Shown here piece by piece: positions 1 through 12,479 of a stretch of DNA of 64,000 nucleotides (its first letter is position 1; every line of letters starts with the position of its first letter). The notes under the pieces were generated by a model. It did no database searches, had not been told where the DNA came from, and saw nothing but the letters and a program-made list of their open reading frames with translations. The stretch comes from Eledone cirrhosa. Taxonomy: Eukaryota. The position numbers and the translations under genes are program-made. The stretch is from positions 235,042,001 to 235,106,000 of the forward strand of contig OZ024740.1 of assembly GCA_964016885.1 (NCBI GenBank). Direction: 5' to 3'.

Positions 1-87
1 TATTTGTATATGTGCTACAATTTATGTATATGTTATGTTTATCGCATATTGTAGTCGTCTTTTATATCCTGGTTGATATCTGATAAT

Positions 88-310
88 GATTTCCAGTATA
101 GGCACAAGGCCCGTAATTTTTTTTTTTTGGGGGGGGGGGGGTAGTCGATTAAATCGACCCAGTACGTTACTGGTACTTTATATTATCGACGCCGTAAAGA
201 TGAAAGGCAAAGTTAGCCTCGGCGGGATTTGAACTCAGACCGTAAAGGGCCGTAACTCTATGCTGCAAAGCATGGTGTCCGACTCTACCGATACTGCCAA
301 TCCACCGCCC
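88..310 (-). mobile_element. tRNA-derived SINE, family A (long variant)
   Basis: Minus strand begins GGGCGGTGGATTGGCAGTATCGGTAGAG (A box) and contains GAGTTCAAATCCCG (B box); ~18-bp target-site duplication TGGTTGATAT(C/T)TGATAAT at 70-87 and 312-329; many homologous copies in window. Confidence 0.9.
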
Positions 311-716
311 TTGGTTGATATTTGATAATAACAGCTAAACTAATCACTACAACTAAATTGACCAAATTTGCACCACCACCACCAATTCAGAAATGCTTCC
401 ACCGCCCCTGTAAATGTGACTTTGTCGTTCTACGAACAAGAATATCCTAGTTGTTTTAATGTATTCCTTCATCAACATAGTAGTGAATATAATATGACAG
501 TAATTCACTTGACTCATTTGGTATTTGTGTTGAGAATTGTTTTGGGAGTGTGCTGTCTGTACAAGAATTTCTGTCAGAGAATTGTTTTTTCTGGAAAGCT
601 GTTAATAACGATTTTTTTTTTCCATATCACTTAACTGGTTTAATATTCATTTTTTGTTGTTGTTTTTTTGGGGTTTTTTGTTTTGTTTTTAGCTTCTACT
701 ACTTCATATTTTCATA

Positions 717-919
717 TTCGAAGGTGGGCTGAAAGGTTCATAGGCTGACAATGAAGGAGTGATGGTAGAGCTATGAAATCTAGCATGCATTAATTTCAAG
801 TCCTCTTTATTAATAACTGCATTGTTTCTTTCCAGGAACTATTTTGAAAAATAAGCCACATTTGGTCATTCTATGAGAGTATCTTGGTCAGCCTGTCAAC
901 TTTTCAGTCGGCACTCATA
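717..919. mobile_element. Tc1/mariner-type MITE
   Basis: Imperfect terminal inverted repeats (GCTGAAAGGTTCATAGGCTGAC / GTCAGCCTGTCAACTTTTCAG); homologous pieces at ~26950-27058 and ~59790-60045. Confidence 0.65.
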
Positions 920-1168
920 TTTCCTTAGTTTCTTTTTTTTTTTCTTCCCTTTTTCTTTCTTCCTCTCTCTTCACTGTCACTTCTTTACCTCATGGTCTTT
1001 TGATGGATAAAAAGCCGTGGGCGCGCTACGGATCGATGTTCTGTTTTAAGCGCCGAAACATCTAAGATCCGTAGTAAACAGCTGACGAAGGGAAACTTTT
1101 CTCCTCTTGTTTACGTCCCGATTACCTTCTAACACTTCTCTTCAGTAACCACACAGCCTCGCCTCTTT

Positions 1169-1199
<31 letters not shown>

Positions 1200-1395
1200 A
1201 ACAAGAGAGATGAACACTAATATAAATGTACATGTGTTCGAATCGTAAGGACTAAAATTTGCTGGGGTGAAAAAATACTAACTACAGCAATATAGAATGT
1301 TATCCTTAACTTTAAATATTAAATTAAGAAAAATAACAGACCTATATTGGGCAAAAATGTCTAGTAACAACTAGACAGTATTGGAGACTGTTCCG

Positions 1396-1448
1396 CAACG
1401 ACTTATTAAGTGAAGTTTTCACGTTTCTCTGCTCCTCAGTAGTTGTTG
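1396..1448 (-). ncRNA. degenerate type I hammerhead ribozyme motif
   Basis: Minus strand CAACAACTA-CTGAGGA-GCAGA-GAAA-CGTGAA AAC TTCAC-TTA-ATAAGTCGTTG: core boxes, 5-bp stem III and imperfect stem I present, but stem II collapsed. Confidence 0.45.
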
Positions 1449-1710
1449 AGAAATTAGTGATCCTTTCACTTCTAAAATTATTAGAGAATGAATTGTGTAC
1501 GATATGAATTATCGCACGTGTCATCCGGAACCCAGCTTGTCTCTTGTTTATTCAATTATATTGTACGGCTCGGAAAAGCTTTTTTCTTACAGCTATTTAA
1601 CTCAATATATATTTGTCGGCTCTATCATGTAGAGATAATTTTCAGCCAGGCTGCTATTTTTAGCTATTTAATTGTAAGGGTCTACCCTGAGTTCTTAACT
1701 CAATATATAT

Positions 1711-1895
1711 ATATTGTTATGCTTTGGGAGGGTCATGTTGCCAATGAGAAACACAATCGTCTGGTTGTGGAACCAACCAAGCGGAAATTAATAAATTCCT
1801 AAATTTATAAATTTAATTTATAATAAATTGGAGTGAAAGCAACTGGTGCGTGTGTTTTTTATTGGCAACATGACCCTCCCAAAGTATAACAATAT
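1711..1895. repeat. inverted repeat with ~45-bp arms between (TA)n runs
   Basis: ATATTGTTATGCTTTGGGAGGGTCATGTTGCCAAT at 1711 mirrored by ATTGGCAACATGACCCTCCCAAAGTATAACAATAT ending 1895. Confidence 0.85.
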
Positions 1896-2013
1896 CGGTT
1901 TCAACACACATTTTCAGATAAAGAATCTTGTTAAACAAATTCAGAAACGAAATATATATATATATATATATATATATAACAAAAAGAAGTTATCGCTCTA
2001 CATGGCTGAATAC

Positions 2014-2480
2014 AATAAATGTAATCTGAGTTTTTCGAATATTAATAATTGTTTCTACTTTAGGCACAAGGCCAGCAATCACCCAGTGCATTACTGGTAC
2101 TTTATTTTATCGACCCCGTAAGGATGAAAGGCAAAGTCAACCTCGGCGGGATTTGAACTCAGATCGTAAAGGGACGTAACTATGCTGGAAAGCATGGCGT
2201 CCGACCCTCTACCGATACTGCCAATCCACCGCCCTTTTCGAATATTAATAATAATATTCTATTTGTTTGCAATTATGCAAACACCCTCTTTTAAGCCATG
2301 TCAGTAGAACGAGCCCCTCATTCTTGCCCATGTGTTGGCATGTAAACAGAACTGTTTACATGCCAACACAAGAGCATGAATGAGGGGTTCATTCTACTGA
2401 TTTGGCTTAAAAGAGGGTGTTTGCATAATTGCAAACGAATTGAATATTATTATTAATATTCCAAAATCTCAGATTACATT

Positions 2481-2484
<4 letters not shown>
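2014..2484. repeat. foldback palindrome (~135-bp arms) between (TA)n runs, left arm interrupted by a SINE
   Basis: Centre TGTAAACAG-AA-CTGTTTACA at ~2350; arms pair out to AATAAATGTAATCTGAG / CTCAGATTACATTTATT once the SINE is removed. Confidence 0.9.
2050..2234 (-). mobile_element. tRNA-derived SINE, family A
   Basis: Full-length copy with A/B boxes; TSD TTTTCGAATATTAATAAT at 2032-2049 and 2235-2252. Confidence 0.93.
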
Positions 2485-2534
<50 letters not shown>

Positions 2535-2559
2535 ACGATCATATAGGTGAACGTACTCA

Positions 2560-4200
2560 TACAGGAATTCTTTTGACATCAACCGTAGTACTTTGATACT
2601 GCGTAGAAGCAAATGCACGTCACTTGTTAAAATGACATTGCAGCGTTCTTACTGGAAGGACAAATTGAAGACGTAAGTAATAGTCAGTTCTGTTTGTGAC
2701 AAGTATCTATGGGTTTGTGTGTGTTACACCTTAAAATAGCCGACAAATAAAATTGTAACACAATGTTTAGGGTTATTCCCTGTTGCAAAATATACAAAAT
2801 TTGAAGTGTGACATCAAATCATTAAAACATTCTTGAGAGATGTAGGTATTAATAGTAAAAACTGATTTGGTTTTGTAATAGTCGAGACTTCAAATATTTC
2901 TGGTGATAATATATTTTTTTACATGATAATGAATTTAGATTATCCACACTTGATATTTGTAAAATGCATTTTCCATTCTCTCTATTCAGTATGCTCTTAT
3001 GCTGCTGAAATATTAGCTCCTAACATTGACTATCTCATAAGAGAAGCTTATAACTGGTTCTACAGACCAGCGCGGCAAAGAGAATCATACACAGAAATAT
3101 GTAAATCAATCAAACATGGCGAAGAACCATTTTAAATGGTTACCCTTTCAGCTATAAAATTGTTTGCAACAAATAACTGCGTAAAAAAAAGAACCCATAA
3201 CCAGTAGGATGTATTAACATTTTCAAACGGAATCTTCTAATTGCGGAAGGAAATTGCGTGTTATGTATTGAAATACAAGTAATGAACTTTATTTAACATT
3301 TATGAGACCTGTTTTCAGTAAATTTGAAAAAATTTAATTTGCTGTTCTAAAATGAAATGGCAGATCACTGCAGTATCTATGAACTATGCGGTTTTGCATT
3401 ATTTATGCTTGTAATGAATTTAGTCATTGAATCACAGTATGTTCTATTTGATTTTGGATACGAGATATCAATCTTTTGACCGATAAAATTTCATTCTTCT
3501 TCTTCTTCTTCTTCTTCTTCTTCTTCTTCTTCTTCTTCTTCTTCTTCGCCCACTTATTCCTGAGAGGGTCGTGGGGGCAGGTCCCCAAACACTCTTTCCA
3601 GCGGGCCCTGTCAGATGCAACCGTCTCCAACTGATCCGGCTGGATCCCCAAGCAAGACCAGGCAAGCTCATGGATGTTATCCAACGATATTCTTCTGATT
3701 ACCCCGAATGTTGAAACTGGCACATTACTGCACCAGCTCCTGCAATTGTTCCACTTAATTCAACCTCCTGCCTTCCATCATTCGTGAATACGGCACCTGC
3801 TTCAGTGAAACTCCATTCGTATGTAGAGTGTACTGCGCATGCTTCCTTGAGAGGACGAATGTCTCAGTTTTCGCAGCACTGATTTTCATTCCAACCATGC
3901 AGCACTCGGCATCAAACCTATCAAGTGCAAGTCGGAGATCACCAATAAAATTTCATGAAACACAAATTTTAAGGAACAAGGAAACGCTGTACAAAAATGA
4001 TTTCAAAGGTATTTAAAGCGAACGTACAAAGAACTGCACCTAGAAATAGTGTAAGGTTTTTTTTAATTTCGCCAATTCTCCCTTTACCTTTGGCTGTTCA
4101 ATCTAAAATTTAAGAAACAAAGAACTGATGACACACTGCTAACATTCGATTGCAAAAGTATATTTTCTGGAGAAATTTTTATTAACAGGTCAGAATAGAT
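2560..4200 (+). pseudogene. decayed hAT-like transposase
   Basis: ORF 2923-3135 reads KCIFHSLYSVCSYAAEILAPNIDYLIREAYNWFY, resembling the CxxH-S-L...YNWF block of hAT transposases; many stops and frameshifts; boundaries approximate. Confidence 0.55.
3495..3940 (-). mobile_element. 5'-truncated, internally deleted RTE-clade LINE with (AAG)n tail
   Basis: Minus translation LDNIHELAWSCLGIQPDQLETVASDRARW followed by (AAG)n; 16-bp TSD ACC(G/A)ATAAAATTTCAT at 3479-3494 and 3941-3956. Confidence 0.75.
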
Positions 4201-4924
4201 TATTTGCAGCGTGCTGCTAAGCCACGGTTGTTTGAATATTTCAGCAAATTTAAACTAAAAAACGAGATGGAGGTTGGATCTGAAAATATAACACGAAAAA
4301 CAAAACGTTTGCTGCTAGATAATTTTCACTACAAGTGATGCCATGTCGAAGTTCGATTGCAGCATTAACAAACACGAGACAGAGGCGACAGAGAAGAATG
4401 AAATTCTTGATGTTAAAAGATATTTTCTGACACAATACGCCACTTTTTATGCTACTTTTTTAAAAATTGGTCTGGCACCGTAACTCACTAAAGATTTTAT
4501 AGTAAATATAGATATTTGTGGCTTAATTTTATAACCTAACACGGTATCATTTTTTAATATATATTCATAGACAACGTATTCGAATTTAACATCGCTTTAA
4601 AATATCATTGTTCAAGTTACACACCTGCATGTTTTAATTAGCGCCATATAATATAATATTAAGCCATATAATATTAACATTTAACTGAGTCCTCTAAATG
4701 CCTTCTATATCTTATTGTAGGTCTATATATGCATTTTTTCCCCTCTAAATTCTCAGATACTTTATAGTAATTAGTAATTAAAACAATACACATTTATAGC
4801 GTAACTACCAATTATATTTTCGTGGTTAAATTTATAACCTAAAATAGTGGCATCATTTTGGGATATATTTTCATAGACAACGTATAAATTAACACCGCTT
4901 TTAACACCGATATTGCATCATGTA

Positions 4925-5580
4925 AAACTGATGCTTCAGATAGAAGTAAATGGAGAAAGGAAAAATTGTTTTCGAAGCATCTCGGGTACAATATGAATAA
5001 AGGGGATGTCACAAAGGGTCTTGCTGTTGAATTACCACAACAAATTGGTGATCACCATGATTTTACATGCAAAATCTGCAACAGCAAGGCTGGTAAGAAA
5101 AGTATCTTTGCAGTCATGAATATAGAGTTCCTGCTAATTACCAAATTGCCATGACAGTAACGTGCAGTACCGGTGGAAAAGAATGCAGGTCAGCTGGTGG
5201 CCTAAAAGGCACATTAAAGTACATAATAAGCCTCAATAGACAAATAATTGTTTCTACTTTTGGCACAAGGCCATCAATTATCCAGTGCATTACTGGTACT
5301 TTATTTTATCGACCCCTTAAGGATGAAAGGCAAAGTCAACCTCGGCGGGATTTGAACTCAGATCGTAAAGGGACGTAACTATGCTGGAAAGCATGGCGTC
5401 CGACCCTCTACCGATACTGCCAATCCACCACCCTCAATAGACAAATAATGCTATGTTGAAAGCGTTGTACACCTGTAAATCACTTGCAGATCTAAAAGCC
5501 ACATTCATTCGCAACACCCACAGGACCCACGTGGGTGTCGTTTCATAGCCATACTTGATCACGGGGTGGCTGCCATTATG
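4925..5580 (+). mobile_element. decayed 3' end of RTE LINE (zinc-finger tail), interrupted by SINE
   Basis: CKIC..SKAG and GKECRSAGGLK resemble the C-terminus at 11113-11460; tail GCCATACTTGATCACGGGGTGGCTGCCAT resembles the RTE tail at 11681-11712. Confidence 0.7.
5249..5431 (-). mobile_element. tRNA-derived SINE, family A
   Basis: Full-length copy; TSD CCTCAATAGACAAATAAT on both sides. Confidence 0.92.
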
Positions 5581-5638
5581 TATGTATATATATATATATA
5601 TGCATGTATGTATGTGAATGTATGTATGTCTATGCATG

Positions 5639-5889
5639 CAGGGGCCTCGTTTGCCTTAAAAATGTGAGGGGGCCAAACTAACATTTGTTGATTCTTAGAG
5701 GAGCATAAATTGCTTATGGTGCCTTTCCCGGACCCTATCACATAAGTAAAATTTTACGCTAATTAAATTTTATATATTCAAATGAAGTTCAGATATAAAA
5801 AAAATAAGCTTAAACAAAAAATAAAACATAAACGTTTGAAAAAGTGGTGGGGACTTGTCCCCTGGAACCCCCCTGAAACAAGGCCCTTG
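5639..5889. mobile_element. hAT-type MITE
   Basis: TIRs CAGGGGCCTCGTTT / AAACAAGGCCCTTG; 8-bp TSD TATGCATG / CATGCATG. Confidence 0.75.
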
Positions 5890-5946
5890 CATGCATGCAT
5901 ACATGTATGTATGTATTATGTGTGTATGTATGTGCGTATGTGTATG

Positions 5947-6556
5947 GTCAGGTCACCAGTTGGTGCTACTGGTAACATGTATCCCAGTACAACCTGTCCC
6001 GTGGTCGGGTCGTTGGCGACTAAACTGGCAACCCCACCAAGGTTTCTTGGTGAGGAGGGTGACTTTGGACATCCTGCAGGACTAAAAACAAAACCTGTCA
6101 AAGGGCAAAGGAACTCTTAAGAGTCAATGGCCATCCAAAATCACCGGGAGAGATGACCCCTTAGCCTTTGTCAAGGCAGAATTCTAGGAGAAAGAAAACT
6201 CTGATATAACACCTGCAACCCTGATGGTATCCAATGATGTTGACTTGTTTTTCTTTTTGGTAAATATCATCTTGGTTAAGAGAGTGGGACTGGCTTTGTG
6301 CAGTGCCTTTGCTCACTATAAAAGCTTCACGGCACAGGCATTGCTTTATATTTGGAGATCTCTCTGCACTTGTCGTCACATGGTACCATGGGCCCAGCAC
6401 TATGTGTCAATAATTGTCACAAGTGTAGTGTTTGTACCAGAGTTTTCAAGTCGCTGGCTGGACTAAAAAGTCACACTCGTTCAGCGCATCGGTAGGGGTT
6501 CTCCTACATGGATATAAAGAAGTGGCCGTACTCGAAAACGAGTTGGCAGCCACCAT
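5947..6556 (+). mobile_element. bipartite non-autonomous RTE derivative (5' UTR fused to zinc-finger 3' end), subfamily 1
   Basis: RTE-like 5' UTR block TAGCCTTTGTCAAGGCAGAATTCTAGGAGAAAG, remnant CSVCTRVFKSLAGLKSHTRSAH, tail GGCCGTACTCGAAAACGAGTTGGCAGCCACCAT+(GTAT)n; closely similar copies at 47257 and 50643. Confidence 0.75.
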
Positions 6557-6583
6557 GTGTATGCATACATGTATGTATGCATA

Positions 6584-9218
6584 TTCTTCTGGTTTTATAA
6601 TTTTATAAATGTTTACCAATAGAGAAAGAGTGAGTCTGTTTCTAACATAGACACAAGACTCTCTCATTGGAATTGAAACATCAACTAGGTAGATATGTAT
6701 GCATGTCTGCATGCATGTGTATGCAGGTATGGGTGTTATTGTATGTGTGGATGTGTGTGTTTTGCGTTATATGTGTGCATGTGCACATGCAGTTATTAGA
6801 TGCAGAATGTTTGGAATGCTTTACATATTTTTACTGTTCCGTTAATGAATTGTACTTGTAATTTCCTAAATAGTTGTGTTATTTCTGTTTCTGTGAAGCC
6901 TAGCTTCTCAAGATTTGTATTGAGGCAGTTACTAACATATCCCAGTGTCCCAATAATCACAGGTATAAATCTGAAGGTATAGTCAGGCTGGAGTATCTGT
7001 AGATTTCTCATCAGTTCTGCATAGGCATCCTCCTTTTCGTTAATCTTTGAATTATATCGGCATCTGCTGGGCAGCTAACTTCCACTACTGTGCATGCCTT
7101 CTTTTCCCTGTCCCATATCATTATATCTGGTCTGTTATGCTTGCATTTTATTGGGGTTTTGACTGGAACATTCCACCAGTACTCTTTCATATTAATTATG
7201 TGTATGTCTCCCACATTGCTGTAACTTTAATATGTTTATTGTCAGGGCTATCTTTTCTACAGATTGCATTGTATAGTGTTTTGGCTACTATATCATACCT
7301 CATAGGTAGATAGTACCGTGATGACATCTTTGGACAGCTGCTTATAACAAGAGTAACACCTTCGATGTTAATTCCGCAGAGTCTGCACTTGTTGTCACAT
7401 CTAGGTGTTTTGCCTGCATCCCTATCTCTTTTGTGAATCAGGTAGGTATTTTGTGCCGATTTCCTTTTCTTGGATTGCAAAAGCGTATCCTTCAAAGTGG
7501 GAGCCAATATAGCGGTTGTTGGTCCAAGATAGACTACTTTCCTTATCTATATTACTCTCACTCTGGAGCTTCCTGGCAACATACCCATGCATGATTTTTT
7601 GCTGATAAGCATGCAGATTTTCATCCATGGATTCACTGCGGTATTGCTGAGCAACTTCCCTGAGTGTGAGTTTTTGATTATCATGCAGAGAATATCTTTC
7701 AAGGAGTTCCTTCCCAACTCTCATGATCTTATCTGCCTCATGCAGATAGACTTGCTCGATAGATGGGCTCCTACGCTTCGAAGTTCGTAAATGTTGTCGG
7801 AGGGGTATGACGTGGCACTCAAATGCTGTCTGGACTGATGTTAGACCTCAGCCTCCCTGCTTACGTTTCAAGTAGAGGCGGTTTATGGCGGCACTGTTGA
7901 TGTGGAAGTTTTAACATCAATTGCTCGGATTTCGTCTATCGTCCAATCGAGTATTCCAAACGTTGGTGTTAAGACAGGCACAGCAAACACATTGTGAGCC
8001 ACTGTTTTATTGTGCGCAGAGAGTACCGATGACCATATTTTTCTTAATCGGGTGTAATTTCCTAGTTACGCGTTCCTTATTACAAATACCATTGTAGGAT
8101 ATGTTCTCATCTTTAGAAGAAGTTATTTTGTAGATGTTCAATTTAGAACGTGTATTTTGGTTGTTATAAATGTTAATATTTGTTTGTGTATTGTATCACA
8201 GAGAGTAACCGAAGAAGCAGTTCAAAGCAATGTTGTGGCAAATATCATCATAAGGCATTACGACGTTTTTTTTATATATAATTTATTTACAAACCGATTA
8301 CAAAGGTTTAGCTGGCATGCCATAATGAAGTGAATAGACAAATTACGAGTTTAAGGAGGTACGGTCAACTGGCTGAGGCGTTAGCCAGACCCGTTGCTAC
8401 ATATTGTCTATGCTTGAGGAACGAAATCAAGAGATGTTTACCTTTCGGTGACGAGATTCAAAGAGAGAGATTTTCGAAGCGGAGCGGGATTTTTTCCCTT
8501 TCGGCGGAAGTTGAAATACATTCTCCTACGCTGATAACGATTGGCTGAACTGAGCCAAACAACGTATGGAGAATGTATTCAAGAGCCATCAGAATGTAGG
8601 TCACTACAATACCCCCTATTTAGTCTGGAAGACGATATATAATATTGAATTAGCAGGAAAAACGCTGAAAGAGAGCACATCAATGAAAAAATTGAACAAA
8701 AGAATGCATGCAAGAAGAAAAATGAGGTGCTAAGAGCCTTGTTGAGCCACTGTGTCAAATGACTAGCTGTTTTGCTATTTATGCGTGACCACCCGGGGTC
8801 TAACAGAAAACGGATAAAATCTGACATGGGCAAAGTTGCTGTTCTTGCATTAAATGTTAGCTGCTATGGTAAGTATTGTACCAGAGCTGTGGATGAAGCT
8901 GTTATGTTTACCAGTAGCTGTTGTCAATGATGGTGCTCTACCAGAGCTGTATAGCTGTTATGGTAAGTGTTATACCAGAGCTGTTATGAAGAATGTATTC
9001 AAGAGCCATCAGAATGTAGGTCAGTACACATCTATCCCCAGGTATCTGTAGCAATCCTCGTTAGATATCGGTGAGATAGTTAGGCCATTGATAAAAATGT
9101 TGCTAGATTGGGTTGTAGTTTTTCCCCGCTTTACAATCATATGTGAACATTTATCTTGGCCAAACTCCATTCCTATATCCTTTGAGAATGTTGTAACCAA
9201 GTCAAGATTTTTCTTCAT
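6584..9218 (-). mobile_element. 5'-truncated R4/Dong-clade RLE non-LTR retrotransposon (family 1), frameshifted, interrupted by LTR element
   Basis: RT end FSKDIGMEFGQDKC...YRYLGID, zinc-knuckle region CRLC...C, RYD, HNRPDIMIWD and VEVSCP restriction-like endonuclease motifs; (TATG)n at both ends. Confidence 0.85.
8112..9028 (-). mobile_element. deleted LTR retrotransposon (39-bp 5' LTR stub, internal remnant, polypurine tract, full 3' LTR 8112-8608)
   Basis: 4-bp TSD CATC (8108-8111 and 9029-9032); removal restores R4 frame YLGID-ENISYNG; TGTAGTGACCTACA LTR start preceded by AAATAGGGGG PPT; LTR start repeated at 8990-9028. Confidence 0.7.
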
Positions 9219-9312
9219 CCCGTATGTATGTATGTATGTATGTATGTATGTATGTATGTATGTATGTATGTATGTATGTATGTATGTATGTATGTATGTA
9301 TGTACGTATGTT

Positions 9313-11474
9313 TGACAACAGGTCAGTCTACAAGGGTAATGACATGTGTAAATGTCTTCTTCTCTGGTGACACCACTTCACAGCAAGGATGGCCAAGAAC
9401 TTCTTCGTGACTCACAAGGAATTCTACGAAGGTGGCGAGAGCACTTTCATGAGCTTTTGAATCAGCCGTCTGTCGTCAATGAAGATTTCCTCAATCACTT
9501 TCCAAAAAGTCCTGTGAAAGTAGCTCTCGCAGAACCTCCGAAGCTTGTGGAGGTTGCAGTGGCTATCTCGAAGCTGAACAGTGGAAGGTCTCCAGGTATG
9601 GATGGAATACATGCAGAGCTCCTACAATATGGTGGTGAGAGACTCCTGCAACATCTTCACTCTTTGTTTGGCAGGATATGGGCTAATGAATCCGTACCTG
9701 AGGACTGGAGAGATGCAGTAATGGTGGTCTTGTACAAGGGAAAAGGTAACAGGAATGATTGTGGGAACTACAGAGGTATATCATTGCTTTCTGTCGTAGG
9801 GAAAGTTTTATGTAGGGTGCTTCTAGACCGTCTGCTGACACACATTGCAGATTGTGTTCTTCCTGAAAGTCAATCTGGTTTTCGTGCTGGACGCGGAAAC
9901 ACTGATATGATCTTCTCATCTAGACAGCTCCAGGAGAAATGCTTGGAACAAGGTTTGGATCTGTATCAGGTTTTTGTCGATCTGACAAAAGCTTTCGATA
10001 CTGTTAACAGAAATGCAATATGGAAGGTTCTCCAGAAACTTGGTTGCCCTGATAAGTTCCTTGCTTTAGTTAGGTCTTTCCATGACGACATGAAGGCTTG
10101 GGTTAATGTCGGAGGTAACATGTCGGAGCCTATCTCAGTAAAAAATGGAGTGAAACAGGAGGATATTCCAGCACCGACCCTGTTTGCCATATACTTTGCA
10201 ATGGTTTTCTATATTGCATTCAGGAATTGCGAGCATGGTATTTACATCCGATATCGAACATCAGGCAGCATATTTAACATCAGGCGCTTTGCTGCAAAAA
10301 CAAAAGTATTTACATAAATCATAAGAGACCTCTTGTATGCAGATGATTGCAATCTTGTATCGCACACAGAGAGTGATATGCAGCACATTTTGAATGCATT
10401 TTCTGATGCTTGCACTGTTCTAGGATTGACTGTCAGTCTCAAGAAAACCGTCGTCATGTACCATCCTGCCGCTGGTAAGTGAACCAAATATCTATGTGTA
10501 TGGTAAACGACTTGGAGTGGTTGATCAGTTTGTCTACATGGGAAGCACTGTCAATCGATACAGCAACCTTGATAATGAAATCCCACTCAGGATTAGGAAA
10601 GCAAGTGATGCTTTCGGAAAGCTAGAAAGGCGACTCTGGGGTCGGCGAGACATATGCAAGAAGACAAAGGTAAAGGTGTACAAGGCATGTGTGCTCTCTT
10701 CTCTTCTTTATGCCTGCGAGACCTGGGTCACATATCGACACCACCTTAAGCAATTGGAGCGTTTCTATCAGATGTGTCTCTTACGGATCCATGGCGTTCA
10801 CTGGAGGGACCACATCAGTGATGTCGAGATTTTGGAAAGCTCTCTGTGTGACAGTATAGAAGCTCTTGTGCTTAAGCAACGACTCTGTTGGAGTGGTCAC
10901 CTTGCCAGGATGAAGGATTCTAGAATACCAAAACAACTCTTTTGTGGAAAGTTAGTTAAAGGAAAACGACCGCCACATAAACCAAAAAAGAGGTATAAGG
11001 ATTCCTTGAAAGCCTCTTTGAAAGACGCTAACATCTCTGCTGATACATGGGAAAATGTTGCTGCTGAAATGTTGAGGCATCTCGAATCGTATACGAGAAA
11101 GTAAAGCGGGATGTGAGGAAGGGCATTGCTGTTGCATTTCCAGACGGCGAAGGTCCTCCTATGGTGCTGACATGCAGCGTCTGTGCGAGACTCTGCCTAA
11201 GCAAAGCTGGACTCGAAAGTCATCTTCGCAGTCATAAAGTAAGACCAGTGGTTGACTACCAGGCTGCTGTTGGAGATGCTACTCATCATGCTTGCCAAAC
11301 ATGTGGTAGAGAATGTAAATCAGCAGGAGGGCTCAAACGACATGCAAAAGTACATGAACTCCAACCACAGCCGGATATTCCCAGTGAATGTTTTGGTTGC
11401 CAACTCTGTGCAAGACATTTTAGATCATTGGCTGGGCTAAAAGCCACATTCGATCGCAGTGCTATTAATTGCTA

Positions 11475-11552
<78 letters not shown>

Positions 11553-11713
11553 GTTTATGTGTGTGCACGTGTGTGTGTATATATATATATATGTATATTA
11601 TTATTGTTGTTCTCGTTATTATTATTGTTGTTATTATTATTATTATTGTTATTATTATGTTATATTTTTTTTCGTGCAATGGCCATACTCGATAACGAGG
11701 GGGCAGCCATGAT
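9313..11713 (+). mobile_element. 5'-truncated RTE (BovB-like) LINE: reverse transcriptase pseudogene with C-terminal C2H2 fingers
   Basis: ORF 9352-10317 with GRSPGMDGI, NYRGISLL, QSGFR, FVDLTKAFD; LLYADD follows an in-frame stop; 10496-11104 RTE C-terminal region; three CxxC...KS.AGL..H repeats at 11170-11450; 3' tail GGCCATACTCGATAACGAGGGGCAGCCATGATG. Confidence 0.95.
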
Positions 11714-11872
11714 GTACGCATGTACTACGGATTACCATAGCGTTATGCACTATATAAACAATAGTTAGAAATTTTGCGCGCTGTAAGACGTCTGTAGGAG
11801 ATACCACTGGACCTTCGTTACAGCATGTCTCTAGGAGAAGGTTACTCTGTTATGTGTGTGTGTGTGTGTGCG

Positions 11873-11954
<82 letters not shown>

Positions 11955-12176
11955 TGTCTGTATGTCTCTGTCTGTCTGTCTCTGTCTGTCTGTCTCTGTG
12001 TGTGTATGTGTGTGTGTGCGTGCGTGTGTGTGTGTGTGTGAGTGTGTGGGTGTATACGATATGAAATGTAAAATAGTCGGTTGCTATAAATGATCATAGC
12101 ATAAATAATCGGCTAAAACATTCCAAGGGACGGAAAAGACCAGAGACGAAGAGAGAGAGAGAGGGGGAGAGAGAGA

Positions 12177-12235
<59 letters not shown>

Positions 12236-12479
12236 CGGGGGGTGAAAGGGATAGAACATAGAGCGGATTAAGAGAAGCATGTTAACATGGAGAAGTAAGA
12301 ACGAAATATTATTGGAGAAGTGTAAAGGCAAGGTTGTATAACACATGCAGACAAATATAGAGGAAAGCGTCTATTACCTCATCAGCTCTCAACTGGACAC
12401 ATGATGTCGCAAGATCAGAGAGTATCATGCAATTTTGGCTATCCCGTGCAACAGAATAAACATTTCTGTTGGTGTAACA

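Noticed and set aside
1026-1110. Permuted hammerhead GAAAC...CTGACGA
   Set aside because: Stems II and III do not close properly; kept only as supporting context for the two-box motif.
5947-6095. HDV-like ribozyme at the 5' end of the RTE derivative
   Set aside because: Two CTAA-after-hairpin candidates were tried, but P1/P1.1/L3 could not be fitted canonically by eye; not called as a feature.
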